64,000 bases of DNA from Candidatus Omnitrophota bacterium (GCA_903856085.1 CAIOAT010000013.1:295430-359429); one strand, 5' to 3'; counted from the first letter of the stretch, positions 10,251 through 20,929 are shown. Notes: a model not told the origin generated them from the letters alone. A program made the numbers and translations.

Positions 10251-10955
10251 ATGGCGATCCAGGGATGGTTTAAATTTAAAAAGATCCGGTTACTGCTGGC
10301 CTGGGGTTCGATCCCCATTCTACTCTTTTACTCCCACATGAACGACAAGAGCTTCCGCTGGGGCATTGTGCTTATGGTGATCGGTGAATTGATCCGTTTT
10401 TGGGCCCTCGGATTCGTGGAAAAAAAAGGCCGGAAACTCGCCACGAGCGGTCCTTATGCCTTCGTGCGCAACCCCCTTTATGTCGGCAATTTCTTTCTAG
10501 GCCTCGGAGTTGCCGTAATCGTCTGGAACTGGGTCATCCTGCTCCTTTTTCTCGCTGGCTTCCTGGGAATCTATACGGGGACCATTCGAGGCGAAGAAAA
10601 ACACTTGCGAGAGATGTTTGGAAAACCTTACGAGGATTATTGCAAAAATGTCCCCTCGTTCCTTCCGCGGTTGACACCTTACGCGGCGCCCGAGAAGGAC
10701 TCTTTCCTCTGGAGCCGTATCATCAAACATCACGAATACATCACGGTTGCCGGCATCTTCCTCATTCTCATGCTGATCCATCTTTACGAGGAGCTCTTCC
10801 TTGCCAAAGAACCGATGACCCAGCAAATACCTCTGATCATCGCAACCGTGATCGTGGCGCTCGCGCTTGCGTTGGAACGGATATTCGTCAGCCGCCTGCA
10901 CATCACGTTCTTTGAACGCCTGCGCGAAAAAGACGCTCCGAAAAATAATCCGTAA
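10251..10955 (+). CDS. Isoprenylcysteine carboxyl methyltransferase (ICMT/PEMT) family membrane protein
   Basis: LATSGPYAFVRNPLYVG, EEKHL..FG..YEDY...VP.F.P; GAGGAG RBS before ATG at 10251. Confidence 0.85.
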   Translation: MAIQGWFKFKKIRLLLAWGSIPILLFYSHMNDKSFRWGIVLMVIGELIRFWALGFVEKKGRKLATSGPYAFVRNPLYVGNFFLGLGVAVIVWNWVILLLFLAGFLGIYTGTIRGEEKHLREMFGKPYEDYCKNVPSFLPRLTPYAAPEKDSFLWSRIIKHHEYITVAGIFLILMLIHLYEELFLAKEPMTQQIPLIIATVIVALALALERIFVSRLHITFFERLREKDAPKNNP

Positions 10956-10979
10956 TCGCTCCCGACGGACAGGAAGAGG

Positions 10980-11009
10980 TTGACCCGGACAAGCCTGAGT
11001 CTCTATAAT
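10980..11009 (+). promoter_or_regulatory. Putative sigma70 promoter for the hss operon
   Basis: TTGACC-18 bp-TATAAT, about 30 bp upstream of the start codon. Confidence 0.5.
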
Positions 11010-11038
11010 CCCTCCATTAATTTTTTTCACGGGAGATA

Positions 11039-12496
11039 ATGATCATGCTGGATTTTAAACAGAAGGTCCTTTGCATCGGATTCGGTTCCGTGGGCAAATG
11101 CGCCCTGCCGATCCTCCTCGAACATATCCGCATCCCTTATAAGAATATCACCGTGCTCGACTTCGCCGACAAGCGCAAGGAACTCGCACCCTGGATCAAA
11201 AAAGGCGTCCGTTACTCTCAGGAAAAACTCAGCCCTGTCAACGTTGCGCGAACGCTTTCCAAGTATGTCTCCCCCGGCGGAATGATCATCGACCTGTCCT
11301 GGAATATCGATTCCCTCGACATGCTCTCTTGGTGTCATGAAAACAAAGTGCTTTATGTGAACACCTCGGTTGAGGAATGGGACCCGTACGCCAATATCGA
11401 AAAAAAGACACCGCTTGAGAAGTCGCTCTATTTTAAACAGATGGGGCTCCGCAAGATGACGGCGAAATGGGCGCATGATTCCACAACGGCAGTACTCGAC
11501 CACGGCGCCAACCCCGGGCTCATCAGTCACTTCACAAAACAGGGCCTTCTCGATATTGCCGAAAAAGCAACACATGACAAGACCACCTCCAAGAAAGACC
11601 GGAAATCCCTGGAACGTCTGATCCGCGACGAGAAATTCCACCGCTTGGCCATGAAACTTGGTGTGAAGACGATCCACGTGAGTGAACGCGACACCCAGAT
11701 CACGGATCAGCCCAAAGAAGTCGATGAATTTGTCGGTACCTGGTCGATCGAGGGTTTACGCGAAGAAGCGACTTCTCCGGTCGAAATGGGTTGGGGAACG
11801 CACGAGAAAGAGCTGCCCACTCTCGCCACGATCCCCGACTACGGCCCGCAGAACCAGATCTTTCTTTCTCAAATGGGCATGAACACCTGGGTGCGTTCCT
11901 GGGTCCCGAACTACGAGATCGTCGGCATGGTCATCCGCCACGGTGAAGCCTTCAGCATTTCCGAAAAGCTCACGGTCTGGAAAAGCGGAAAGCCCATCTA
12001 TCGCCCGACGGTTCATTATGTGTACATGCCTTGTAATGAAACGATCGCCTCGGTCCACGAACTCCGCTGCCGGAATTACGAACTTCAGCCCAAATGCCGC
12101 ATCATGTCTGATGAGATCGTGAAGGGCTCGGACATCTTGGGTTCATTGATCATGGGGCACAAATACAATTCCTGGTGGACCGGAAGCGTCCTCACGATCG
12201 ACGAAGCACGCAAACTCGTCCCCCATCAGAACGCCACCACCATCCAAGTCGCGATCGGCGTAGTGGCGGCGGCCATGTGGATGATCGAACATCCCAATAA
12301 AAGCGTCTGCGTCCCGGACGATCTCCCTCACAAGGAGATCCTCGCCACAGCGAAACCTTATCTGGGTACGGTGGTCTCGGAGCCTTACGACTGGACACCT
12401 TTTAAGAATTATCAGGTGTTCTTCCAGGAAAATCAGGGTTCGCACTTGGACAAAAAAAACCCCTGGTGCTTTAAGAATTTCCTGTTTAAACAATAA
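11039..12496 (+). CDS. hss: Homospermidine synthase
   Basis: IGFGSVG, HGANPGLISHF, FVGTWSIEG, GWGTHE, HGEAFSI, YRPTVHYVY, QNATTIQV. Confidence 0.92.
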   Translation: MIMLDFKQKVLCIGFGSVGKCALPILLEHIRIPYKNITVLDFADKRKELAPWIKKGVRYSQEKLSPVNVARTLSKYVSPGGMIIDLSWNIDSLDMLSWCHENKVLYVNTSVEEWDPYANIEKKTPLEKSLYFKQMGLRKMTAKWAHDSTTAVLDHGANPGLISHFTKQGLLDIAEKATHDKTTSKKDRKSLERLIRDEKFHRLAMKLGVKTIHVSERDTQITDQPKEVDEFVGTWSIEGLREEATSPVEMGWGTHEKELPTLATIPDYGPQNQIFLSQMGMNTWVRSWVPNYEIVGMVIRHGEAFSISEKLTVWKSGKPIYRPTVHYVYMPCNETIASVHELRCRNYELQPKCRIMSDEIVKGSDILGSLIMGHKYNSWWTGSVLTIDEARKLVPHQNATTIQVAIGVVAAAMWMIEHPNKSVCVPDDLPHKEILATAKPYLGTVVSEPYDWTPFKNYQVFFQENQGSHLDKKNPWCFKNFLFKQ

Positions 12497-12518
12497 ATGC
12501 GAGAAACACGTTCTTAAA

Positions 12519-12866
12519 ATGATCAAGAAAAAAGCCGAACAAGAAGTTGAAAAGCGCCATGTGATGCGCGGCGGTACAGGCGAAGTCACGATCCGCCATT
12601 ATTTAAAACACGAAGAGATCAAGGCGCGCACACGGCTTTGCGCGGAACTCGTCCTTCCTGCCGGTGCGAGTATCGGTCCCCACGACCACGTAGACGAAGA
12701 CGAGATTTACATCATCCAAAAAGGCCACGGGCTCATGACCGACGGCGGCAAAGAGTTCACCGTAGCGGCCGGCGATGCCATTCTCACCGGCCAGGGTGCC
12801 TCCCACTCCATCAAGAATACCGGCACCGAAGACCTCGTGGTCACAGCCGTCATTATCCAATACTAA
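12519..12866 (+). CDS. Cupin domain protein
   Basis: IGPHDH..EDEIYII..G.G and H-S-I-K-N-T-G cupin motifs. Confidence 0.88.
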   Translation: MIKKKAEQEVEKRHVMRGGTGEVTIRHYLKHEEIKARTRLCAELVLPAGASIGPHDHVDEDEIYIIQKGHGLMTDGGKEFTVAAGDAILTGQGASHSIKNTGTEDLVVTAVIIQY

Positions 12867-13981
12867 TGCATCCTATTTTTCCGCAGGAAACTTTTCTCCC
12901 GGCCAAAATCCTCTTTAAAAAAGGCGGGCTCTCAGACCTTGCAAAGGAAACCGCAGAATTCGGTGCTCGCGGGCTCGTAATTCACGGCGCCTCGTTTGAA
13001 AAAAATGGCTTCAAAGAAAAAATCGCGGACGACTTCAAGAAAACGGGCTTATTCGCCGAGTTTTTTTGCCGCACGCAGGGTGAACCGACCCTCGGCGAGA
13101 TCAGCGCAGTCATTGAAAAAGGACGCGTCTTAAAAATCGATTGGATCCTCGGGATCGGTGGCGGCAGCGTGTTGGACCTTGCCAAGGCCGCAGCCGGACT
13201 TTTCCACGCCAAAGAAAAACCGGTTTTTTATCAAGAAGGGGGCGCTCTCGGAGAACGGGGGATCCCGTTCATCGCAGTTCCAACGACCGCAGGCAGCGGC
13301 TCGGAAGCATCCCCTAATTCCGTGATCATCCATCCTGAAAAAAAAGTGAAGCTCTCGATCCGCCACCAAGATTTTCTCGCGCGCAAAGTGATCCTCGATC
13401 CGGACCTTCTTAAAGGCCTGCCCTTCGCCGTGATGTGCTATTCGGGAATGGATGCCTGGGTCCAGGCGTATGAATCGTTCATCTCAAAACACGCAACCTG
13501 GTTCAGTGAAAACTTCGCGCTCAAAGCTATTCAGCTAATCAGCCGTCACCTGACGCCCGCGTTAAACGCAGGCCGCGACGAAGACCTGGGCGGGCTCATG
13601 CTCGGAAGTTTTTTCTCAGGGATCGCGTTCTCCCATTCGCGCTTAGGTGTGATCCACGGCCTCGCGCATCCGCTGGGTGTCCTTTATAACGTCCCGCATG
13701 GACTGATTTGCTCGATCTGTTTCGCGCCTTCCATCAAACTCAATCTCGAAGCCATGGGCAATCAGAAATACGCCATCATGAGCCAAGCCGTCGGCATGGA
13801 CCTCCTCCAGAAAGTCCATGAACTTCAGAAAACGCTCAAGATCATTTCCCCTTTCAAAGGAAAACCACTCCTCGAAAAAGAAAAAATCATCGCAGAAACG
13901 CTCAAGTCCGGCTCCACCGCAGCAAACCCAAAACCCATCACCCGGGATGATGTCGAATATCTTTTGCGGGAGATCTTTTAA
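12866..13981 (+). CDS. Iron-containing alcohol dehydrogenase
   Basis: GIGGGSVLDLAK, PTTAGSGSE, D..Q, HGLAH, VPHG; ATG overlaps the cupin stop (TAATG). Confidence 0.9.
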   Translation: MHPIFPQETFLPAKILFKKGGLSDLAKETAEFGARGLVIHGASFEKNGFKEKIADDFKKTGLFAEFFCRTQGEPTLGEISAVIEKGRVLKIDWILGIGGGSVLDLAKAAAGLFHAKEKPVFYQEGGALGERGIPFIAVPTTAGSGSEASPNSVIIHPEKKVKLSIRHQDFLARKVILDPDLLKGLPFAVMCYSGMDAWVQAYESFISKHATWFSENFALKAIQLISRHLTPALNAGRDEDLGGLMLGSFFSGIAFSHSRLGVIHGLAHPLGVLYNVPHGLICSICFAPSIKLNLEAMGNQKYAIMSQAVGMDLLQKVHELQKTLKIISPFKGKPLLEKEKIIAETLKSGSTAANPKPITRDDVEYLLREIF

Positions 13982-14081
13982 AAAGTCTTGCGAGACGCGA
14001 GATAAACGCGCACGGCATTGCCCTAGAAACCTTCTCCGCAAAAATATTTTCTTATCTTTGCATCTATGTTAGCATGGCCTC

Positions 14082-14984
14082 ATGCACGAAAAACCTTCCT
14101 TTAATTATTGGCTTCAATACCTCGTCGTCCGGTTTTTGGCTATGCTCGCGACAGCCCTTCCTGTGGAGGTTTCGCATAGAATCGCCTGCGGATTTGGGAC
14201 CTTAACCTACTGGATCTTGGGAAAACGTCGCAAGATCGCCCTAAAAAATATCGCCAGCGCGCTTGGAAACTCCCTTCCCGATCGGAGAAAAAAAGAGATC
14301 GCACGCTCCGCGTTCCAGAGTGCCGCACTTTCCATGATGGAACTTTTCACGGTCGAAAAAATCAAAAAAGAGGCCGAGACGCGTTTTCAGCTTTTCGGAA
14401 ATGAATTCCTGGAAGAAGCCTTTTCTAAAGAGCAAGGCGTCGTCCTCGTGATCTCCCATCTGGGTTCTTGGGAATATCTTTCATTCCTTCCTTATTTCAC
14501 AAAACGGCCCTGGTCGGTCGTGGTCAAGAACATCAAGAACCCTTATCTGGACAAAGCGATCGATACCATGCGCCGTGTCATGACTGTCAATCCGATCTCA
14601 AAAGACAGCTCGGTCAGGGCCATCTTTCATGAGCTGAAGGCAGGCCACGGAGTCGCTATTCTGGTGGACCAATGGGCCGGTAATGAAGGTCTTTGGGTTG
14701 ATTTTTTTGATACGAAGACATCGACCACGTCGATCCCCGCGCGACTTTCCGAAAAGACCGGCTGCGCGCTCGTTTCCGCATACTGCCTCCGAAAGGCACC
14801 CGGGCATTATGAAATCCACATCGAAAAACCGGTCGTTCATAATATGGACCAGCCGGGCTGGGAAAAAACCATCACAAAAGATCTCAATGAAGTTCTCGAA
14901 CGTCAGATCTTGGGCCATCCCGAACAATGGCTCTGGGGTCATCGGCGGTGGAAAAATAAACCTGATAATCTGAGACAGACTTAA
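14082..14984 (+). CDS. Lipid A late acyltransferase (LpxL/HtrB family)
   Basis: SHLGSWE, ILVDQ, VDFF, PEQWLWGHRRWK. Confidence 0.9.
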   Translation: MHEKPSFNYWLQYLVVRFLAMLATALPVEVSHRIACGFGTLTYWILGKRRKIALKNIASALGNSLPDRRKKEIARSAFQSAALSMMELFTVEKIKKEAETRFQLFGNEFLEEAFSKEQGVVLVISHLGSWEYLSFLPYFTKRPWSVVVKNIKNPYLDKAIDTMRRVMTVNPISKDSSVRAIFHELKAGHGVAILVDQWAGNEGLWVDFFDTKTSTTSIPARLSEKTGCALVSAYCLRKAPGHYEIHIEKPVVHNMDQPGWEKTITKDLNEVLERQILGHPEQWLWGHRRWKNKPDNLRQT

Positions 14985-15050
14985 CCACGGGCCTGCCCAC
15001 TGTCTTGAGATACACTTTCGCACGCGTCGGATGTGACCTAAGAGGAAAAG

Positions 15051-16301
15051 ATGGATATTGAACTCAAGATCGAAAAACTGGTATTCGGCGGCGATGGCCT
15101 AGGATTCGTCGAAGGAAAGGCCTGCTTTGTAGAAAGGACTCTTCCGGGCGAGAAAATCCTTGCGCGGATCTTAAGCGATAAGCCCAACTTCATGAAGGCA
15201 AAGCTCATTCGCGTCCTGGAACCTTCCCCTCACCGCATCCATCCGTCCTGCCCTTACATCGAACGCTGCGGCGGCTGCCAGTACCAGCATCTCCCCTATC
15301 CGGAAGAATTGAAGTGGAAAGAACACCAAGTGCGTGAGAGTTTCGCTCAGGCGTTCAAGGCGGAGGAGATTTCGATCCTCCCGATCCAATATGGCTCCAA
15401 GGAATACGGTTACCGGACGAGCATTACGATCCACCGCACGACGGAGAAGAATAATAAACCTCAGCGTCTCGGTTTCATCGGCCACGACAATTATTCCAAG
15501 GTTCTGATCGACCATTGCATGCTCGCGGACGAACGGCTCAAGGAGATCTTTACGGCCGAGCACAAGCTCAACCGGCGTGAAGAAAAAAGAGGTTTCAAAC
15601 TGGACGAAAAAGGCCGGATCTTCACCAACGATGAAGAAAAGCTTTATCGCGTTAGTGTCGGCGGCCGATCGCTCTGGACAAGCTCCATGGGATTTTTCCA
15701 GAATAATATTGAGGTCACTGAACTCATCGCAAAGAAACTATCGGAGTATATCGAAGTCTTGAAGCCCGCCCGCTTTTTAGATCTCTACGCGGGCGTCGGA
15801 ACTTTTCCGCTTCTCGCAGCTCGCGGCGTACCGGAGGTCCACTGTTTTGAAGACAGCCCCTACAGCACGGGCTGTCTCCGGAGAAATGTTAGAGAGTGCG
15901 AGTTGCCTCTGGCGGGTATTTTTGCGGGGAAAGTCGAAAAAACCTTCCCGCGTTTTATTATCCACAGTCCCAATACCAATCAATCGAAGCGAAGCGGAGA
16001 TTGCGACAGTCCTTGTCTCCATCCTGAAGAAGAAATGAAAGACAAGGACAGCCCAAAGCCCGGGACGCTTGTCTTCATGGATCCGCCGCGGCAGGGCATC
16101 GCCTCTTCCCTAGCAGACTTCTTGTCCAAGGAAGATGTGGGAGAGAACATCTTTTATCTTGCTTGCGATCTTCCGATCCTCTTGCGGGATCTAAAACAGA
16201 TCCTTGCCTCCGGCCGTTACAAGATCCGGGAAGTCATCCCCTTCGACATGTTTCCTCGAACGAAGCACATTGAGGTGTTGGTACATCTTCAAAAAATTTA
16301 A
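15051..16301 (+). CDS. rlmD: RNA m5U methyltransferase (RlmD/TrmA family)
   Basis: TRAM-like start, CPYIERCGGCQYQH, FFQNN, DLYAGVG, DPPRQG, DMFPRTKHIE. Confidence 0.85.
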   Translation: MDIELKIEKLVFGGDGLGFVEGKACFVERTLPGEKILARILSDKPNFMKAKLIRVLEPSPHRIHPSCPYIERCGGCQYQHLPYPEELKWKEHQVRESFAQAFKAEEISILPIQYGSKEYGYRTSITIHRTTEKNNKPQRLGFIGHDNYSKVLIDHCMLADERLKEIFTAEHKLNRREEKRGFKLDEKGRIFTNDEEKLYRVSVGGRSLWTSSMGFFQNNIEVTELIAKKLSEYIEVLKPARFLDLYAGVGTFPLLAARGVPEVHCFEDSPYSTGCLRRNVRECELPLAGIFAGKVEKTFPRFIIHSPNTNQSKRSGDCDSPCLHPEEEMKDKDSPKPGTLVFMDPPRQGIASSLADFLSKEDVGENIFYLACDLPILLRDLKQILASGRYKIREVIPFDMFPRTKHIEVLVHLQKI

Positions 16302-16325
16302 GGCGGGAACGAAAAGCCCTCTACG

Positions 16326-17537
16326 CTAGCCGTTCGACACTCCCCGTCCGTTGCAACCCCCGGCGACAGCACCGCTGGCCCAGGCCCAAGCAAGATTGTA
16401 TCCGCCCCGCCGTCCCTGCACATCGAGCACTTCTCCTGAAAAATAAAGGCCTTTTTGGAGCTTGGACTCAAGGGTCAAAGGATCCACTTCATCTAACGGA
16501 ACCCCTCCCGCGGTGAATTCCGCTTCATTCCAACCGCGCGTGCCGATCACCTTGAATTCTTTGTGCTTGAGCAGATGGGCGATCGACGAAGCGTCCGCGT
16601 TGTGGATCGCGCTGCGAAAGGCAAGGAAAAATTTGTGCGCCAAGAGCCCCTCCAGCAAATTCTCATGTGTCACGCCCTTTTCAAAACGACGGGAAAGTTC
16701 TTCCGCGAATGCGGCCTCGCCCATGAAAGGGATCAGGTCGGCCACCACGGTAACGTTTTTCATGTGGTCGCGGTTAAGAGCAATCGAGATCTCGTCACTC
16801 ACATCCAGGATCGCGGTCCCGGAAAGTCCGTACTGTGTAAAAAGAAGTTCTCCCGATACAGTCCGGATATTTTTCCCCTCGATACGGCTGGTAACCTTCG
16901 CGCGAACCTTCTGGCCTTGCAAAAAATGGCAGCAGGGGTCTTTCACGAGCAAAGGAACCGTGCTCGGAACCGGCTCATTGATCCTGTGCCCGAACGCCGC
17001 GGCCAGCGCATAGCCATTCCCGTCCGCGCCGAGCGCCGGATAGGATTTTCCTCCCGCGCATAAAATGACCTTCCGGCATATTTCTTTTTCTCCGGTCTTG
17101 GCAGAAACTTCAAAACCATTCTTAAAAGCCCGAATATTTTGTATCTCGCATCCAAGATCAAGCGTTACCTTGAGCCTCTCTAGTTCCATCTCCAGCACTT
17201 TGAGCACCGAAGCAGCCTGATTCGTCACCGGAAAGATCCGGCCTGTTTCATCCGCATAGGTCGCAAGCCCCAGTTCTTTAAAAAAATCCAGCATGTCTTT
17301 TTTCCCGAATTGGTCCAAAATCGATTGAACAAACGTCTGGCCGCCGGGATTATAAAAAGAAGCATCGAGCACATCGTTCAAGAGATTGCATCGACCCGCG
17401 CCCGTGATGAGCAGTTTCTTCCCGATCTTCGGCATCTTTTCGCACACAAGGACCGATGCGCCCTGGCGCTTCGCAGTAATGGCGGCCATAATTCCAGCAG
17501 CGCCCCCACCGATCACGATCACATCATGCTCGGCCAT
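16326..17537 (-). CDS. HI0933/BaiN family flavoprotein
   Basis: IGGGAAG, GKKLLITGAGRCN, GRIFP, GGKSYP, FTAGGV, GGYNLAWAWASG; start at MAEHDV. Confidence 0.92.
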   Translation of the reverse strand: MAEHDVIVIGGGAAGIMAAITAKRQGASVLVCEKMPKIGKKLLITGAGRCNLLNDVLDASFYNPGGQTFVQSILDQFGKKDMLDFFKELGLATYADETGRIFPVTNQAASVLKVLEMELERLKVTLDLGCEIQNIRAFKNGFEVSAKTGEKEICRKVILCAGGKSYPALGADGNGYALAAAFGHRINEPVPSTVPLLVKDPCCHFLQGQKVRAKVTSRIEGKNIRTVSGELLFTQYGLSGTAILDVSDEISIALNRDHMKNVTVVADLIPFMGEAAFAEELSRRFEKGVTHENLLEGLLAHKFFLAFRSAIHNADASSIAHLLKHKEFKVIGTRGWNEAEFTAGGVPLDEVDPLTLESKLQKGLYFSGEVLDVQGRRGGYNLAWAWASGAVAGGCNGRGVSNG

Positions 17538-19365
17538 GTTCGCTCTCCTTTCGCGGAAAACGTTTACCGGAGAACGTGGGCCGGTTTTTATTCCCCATGA
17601 GACGTTCTCCACCCGATGTTTTTTGCCAGACCCCCGGAGGATGGATGACCCCCTCTCGTTTGGGCTGGATCAACTCACGTTGAAACTGCCGCTCCTTGTA
17701 AGTTTTGGCGCTCAGGACCGGTTCGCCGGTCATCGGATGCTTACCCGTGTAATACATACAAGTCGAAAGAGTCATGGGAAGCGGCATGAAATCCTGCACC
17801 TGCTCCGGATGCATTCGCTGTGCCGAAAAATATGCGGCAAGCTTCCCGGCATCTTGGTCCGTACACCCTGGATGCGAACTGATAAAATAATTCACAAGAT
17901 ATTGTTCTTTGCCGACTTTCCGATTCATGACCTTAAAACGCTCGACAAACCTCTCATAGATCTTGAACGGCGGTTTATTCATCATCTTGAGCGCTGCATC
18001 CGAGGCATGTTCCGGAGCGACCTTCAGCTGTCCGCTCACGTGACTGCGACAAAGCGCTTCAAGATAGGCATCCGATTCCTTTTCCACAAGCAGGTCATGC
18101 CGGAGACCGCTTTGAATGAAAAGATGTTTTACCTTCGGAACGGCCAGAACTTCTTTCCAAAGCTCCATGGATTTTTCGTACCCGAGTTTCAGATTTTTAC
18201 ATTTCGCGGGCATCATGCACTGTTGATTGCGACAAGCGCCGGAATGGTCCCACTGTTCACAGGTCGCCCCGTAGAGATTCGCGGTCGGACCGCCAATGTC
18301 AGTGATCGTACCCTTAAATTCTTTCCGCGCAGCCAGCGTCCGCACTTCATTTAAAATAGATTCTTTGCTACGGCTCTGGATCATCCGCCCTTGATGCGCA
18401 GAAAGTGAACAGAAGCTGCACTCTCCGGCACAACCGCGATGCGCCGTGATGGAAAAACGTACCGTCTCAAATCCCGGAACGCCTCCCATTTTTTCATAAA
18501 CCGGATGCCCCTCTCGAGCAAAGGGCAAGCTATAGTAATGATCAAGCTCCGCGGTCGTAAGCGACAGCGGAGGGGGCTCCTGGATCACGAACCGAGCACT
18601 GTGTTTTTGGATCACCGGTTTCCCACGCACAGGATCCCCTTCAAGATATGCGAGCCTGAACGCTTCATTAAATTTGTTTTTATCCGTACTCACTTCTTCA
18701 TAGGAAGGCAGTGTAACCGCACCTTCGAAACCTTCGCTGCTGCTTCGGACGATCACTGTCCCCCGGATATCTTTCAGCTTCTTAATGTCCTCCCCGTCGC
18801 CCAAGCGCCTCGCGATCTCAAGGATTTGGCTTTCTCCCATACCATAAACGAGAATATCCGCTTTCGAATCTACCAAAATAGACCGGCGCACGTCTTCAGC
18901 CCAATAATCAAAATGCGCGAGGCGGCGAAGGCTCGCTTCAACCCCGCCGAGCACGACCGGAACACCCGGAAAAAGGCCTTTGATCTTGCTGGTATAAACG
19001 ATTGTCGCACGATTAGGCCTCCGCCCGGACCGCCCGCCCGGCGCGTAATCGTCCGTACGCCTCGGCTTTTTGCTCGCCGTGTAATTACTGACCATGGAAT
19101 CAAGATTGCCGGCCGTGATCCCAAAAAAGAGCTTGGGACGACCCAGCGCGAGAAAATCCTCGGAGGTCTTCCAATCAGGCTGGGCGATGATCCCAACTTT
19201 ATACCCAGCATCTTCCAGAACCCGCCCGATGATCGCCGCACCATAGGAAGGATGATCCACGTACGCGTCGCCCGTAACAAGAATAATGTCACACGCATCC
19301 CAGCCGCGCTCCGCAATGTCTTGCTTTGAAATAGGAAGGAATTTTTTTCGCTCTGTTTGGGACAT
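17524..19365 (-). CDS. YgiQ family radical SAM protein
   Basis: TGDAYVDHPSYG, GNLDSMV, RGCAGECSFC, DIGGPTANLY, GQLKVAPEH, YFISSHPG. Confidence 0.93.
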   Translation of the reverse strand: MSQTERKKFLPISKQDIAERGWDACDIILVTGDAYVDHPSYGAAIIGRVLEDAGYKVGIIAQPDWKTSEDFLALGRPKLFFGITAGNLDSMVSNYTASKKPRRTDDYAPGGRSGRRPNRATIVYTSKIKGLFPGVPVVLGGVEASLRRLAHFDYWAEDVRRSILVDSKADILVYGMGESQILEIARRLGDGEDIKKLKDIRGTVIVRSSSEGFEGAVTLPSYEEVSTDKNKFNEAFRLAYLEGDPVRGKPVIQKHSARFVIQEPPPLSLTTAELDHYYSLPFAREGHPVYEKMGGVPGFETVRFSITAHRGCAGECSFCSLSAHQGRMIQSRSKESILNEVRTLAARKEFKGTITDIGGPTANLYGATCEQWDHSGACRNQQCMMPAKCKNLKLGYEKSMELWKEVLAVPKVKHLFIQSGLRHDLLVEKESDAYLEALCRSHVSGQLKVAPEHASDAALKMMNKPPFKIYERFVERFKVMNRKVGKEQYLVNYFISSHPGCTDQDAGKLAAYFSAQRMHPEQVQDFMPLPMTLSTCMYYTGKHPMTGEPVLSAKTYKERQFQRELIQPKREGVIHPPGVWQKTSGGERLMGNKNRPTFSGKRFPRKESEHGRA

Positions 19366-19720
19366 GGCAGGATTATAACCTCCCCAGGACCTATACCGCA
19401 TCAGATTTAAATATAAGGGTATGCGACACAGCGCTTAATTTTCATTAAAGAAAATGATCGGATATCAGTCCATCCCAAGTCGCCATGATAAAAAGAAATG
19501 ACGATTTTGGCGGAACTGTTAACCCCTGAGATCAAATTGAGAACCGTTCCAAAGGCCAAGGACTCGGGATTTTACTACGCGAGTATCAGGTTTACTGGAA
19601 AAAACCCCATGATATAATGACGGCCTTGAATTCCAGTGGTCAGCAGCAAGTTGTCAGCGAAAAACTTAAAATAGAACCACTGAGTTTTTATGGCCTAGCA
19701 TGTTAAAAAAGGAGGGTGAC

Positions 19721-20284
19721 ATGATCAAGATCGGTGAAGCAGTTCCCAGTTTCGAAGCTCAGGCTTACCATCATAATGACATCAAACGGATTAAATTATC
19801 CGATTACAAAGGCAAATGGGTCGCGATCGTTTTCTACCCGGCGGATTTCACGTTTGTTTGTCCCACCGAACTCGAGGAGGCGGCCGGACTTTATGAAGAT
19901 TTCAAAAAAGAGGGCGCGGAACTCCTGAGCGTCAGCACCGACACTGTTTTCGTCCACAAGGCGTGGCATGACATCTCGCCCGCCATCCAGAAGGTCCAGT
20001 ACCCCATGGTCGCGGACCCGACGGGAAATCTTTCCAAGATGTTCGGGACCTACATTGAAGCCGAAGGTTTGGCGCTGCGCGGAAGTTTTATCATCGACCC
20101 GGACGGTGTGCTTCAGGCTTATGAGATCCATAATCTCCCGATCGGCCGCAGCATGCAGGAGTTGCTCCGCAAGCTCAAGGCCTCCAAGTTCGTCCGAGAA
20201 AACGGAGGCGAGGTCTGCCCCGCAAATTGGCAACCGGGCAAGAAAACCTTGAAACCGGGTCTCAATCTTGTAGGAAAGATCTAA
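19721..20284 (+). CDS. ahpC: 2-Cys peroxiredoxin
   Basis: FYPADFTFVCPTE and GEVCPANW. Confidence 0.95.
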   Translation: MIKIGEAVPSFEAQAYHHNDIKRIKLSDYKGKWVAIVFYPADFTFVCPTELEEAAGLYEDFKKEGAELLSVSTDTVFVHKAWHDISPAIQKVQYPMVADPTGNLSKMFGTYIEAEGLALRGSFIIDPDGVLQAYEIHNLPIGRSMQELLRKLKASKFVRENGGEVCPANWQPGKKTLKPGLNLVGKI

Positions 20285-20347
20285 GCCAGACAATCCTTAA
20301 CCAACGCAGCGAACGCAGGTCACGTATTCATTAAAGGAGAAACCATC

Positions 20348-20929
20348 ATGCCATTCACACTTCCTGAACTTCCCTATGCCTGGGACGCTCTAGCACCGCA
20401 TATCAGCAAAGAAACACTCGAATATCATTACGGCAAGCATCACAACGCCTACGTCACAAATCTTAACAACCTGACGGACGGAAAACCGGAAAACAACAAG
20501 TCGCTTGAAACACTGATCAAAACCGCCAAAGGACCTATCTTCAATAACGCAGCGCAGGTCTGGAACCACACCTTCTACTGGAACTGCCTGAAGCCCCAGG
20601 GCGGCGGACTTCCGGAAGGCGCCTTGCTCGAAGCGATCAACGCTTCCTTCGAAAGCTTTGAGGAGTTTAAAACGCTTTTCACGAAGATGGCCATCGGGCT
20701 CTTTGGATCCGGCTGGGTCTGGCTCGTGAAAGACGAGGACGGGACACTCGGAATCGAAGCGATGTCCAACGCCGGAAATCCCTTTACAAACGGCCAGACG
20801 CCGCTTCTCACGTGCGATGTTTGGGAACATGCCTATTACATTGATTACCGGAATGCCCGCGCTAAATATGTGGAAACGTTCTGGAATCTTGTGAATTGGG
20901 AATTTGCGGCAAAAAACCTGAACGGCTGA
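20348..20929 (+). CDS. sodB: Fe/Mn superoxide dismutase (Fe type likely)
   Basis: HYGKHH, FNNAAQVWNH, DVWEHAYY. Confidence 0.93.
   Translation: MPFTLPELPYAWDALAPHISKETLEYHYGKHHNAYVTNLNNLTDGKPENNKSLETLIKTAKGPIFNNAAQVWNHTFYWNCLKPQGGGLPEGALLEAINASFESFEEFKTLFTKMAIGLFGSGWVWLVKDEDGTLGIEAMSNAGNPFTNGQTPLLTCDVWEHAYYIDYRNARAKYVETFWNLVNWEFAAKNLNG

Noticed and set aside
12638-12865. N-terminal extension of the 447-aa ADH ORF
   Set aside because: Overlaps the cupin gene; ADH similarity starts at the ATG at 12866
17386-19329. Plus-strand ORFs of 322 and 296 aa
   Set aside because: Antisense to the well-supported YgiQ radical SAM gene
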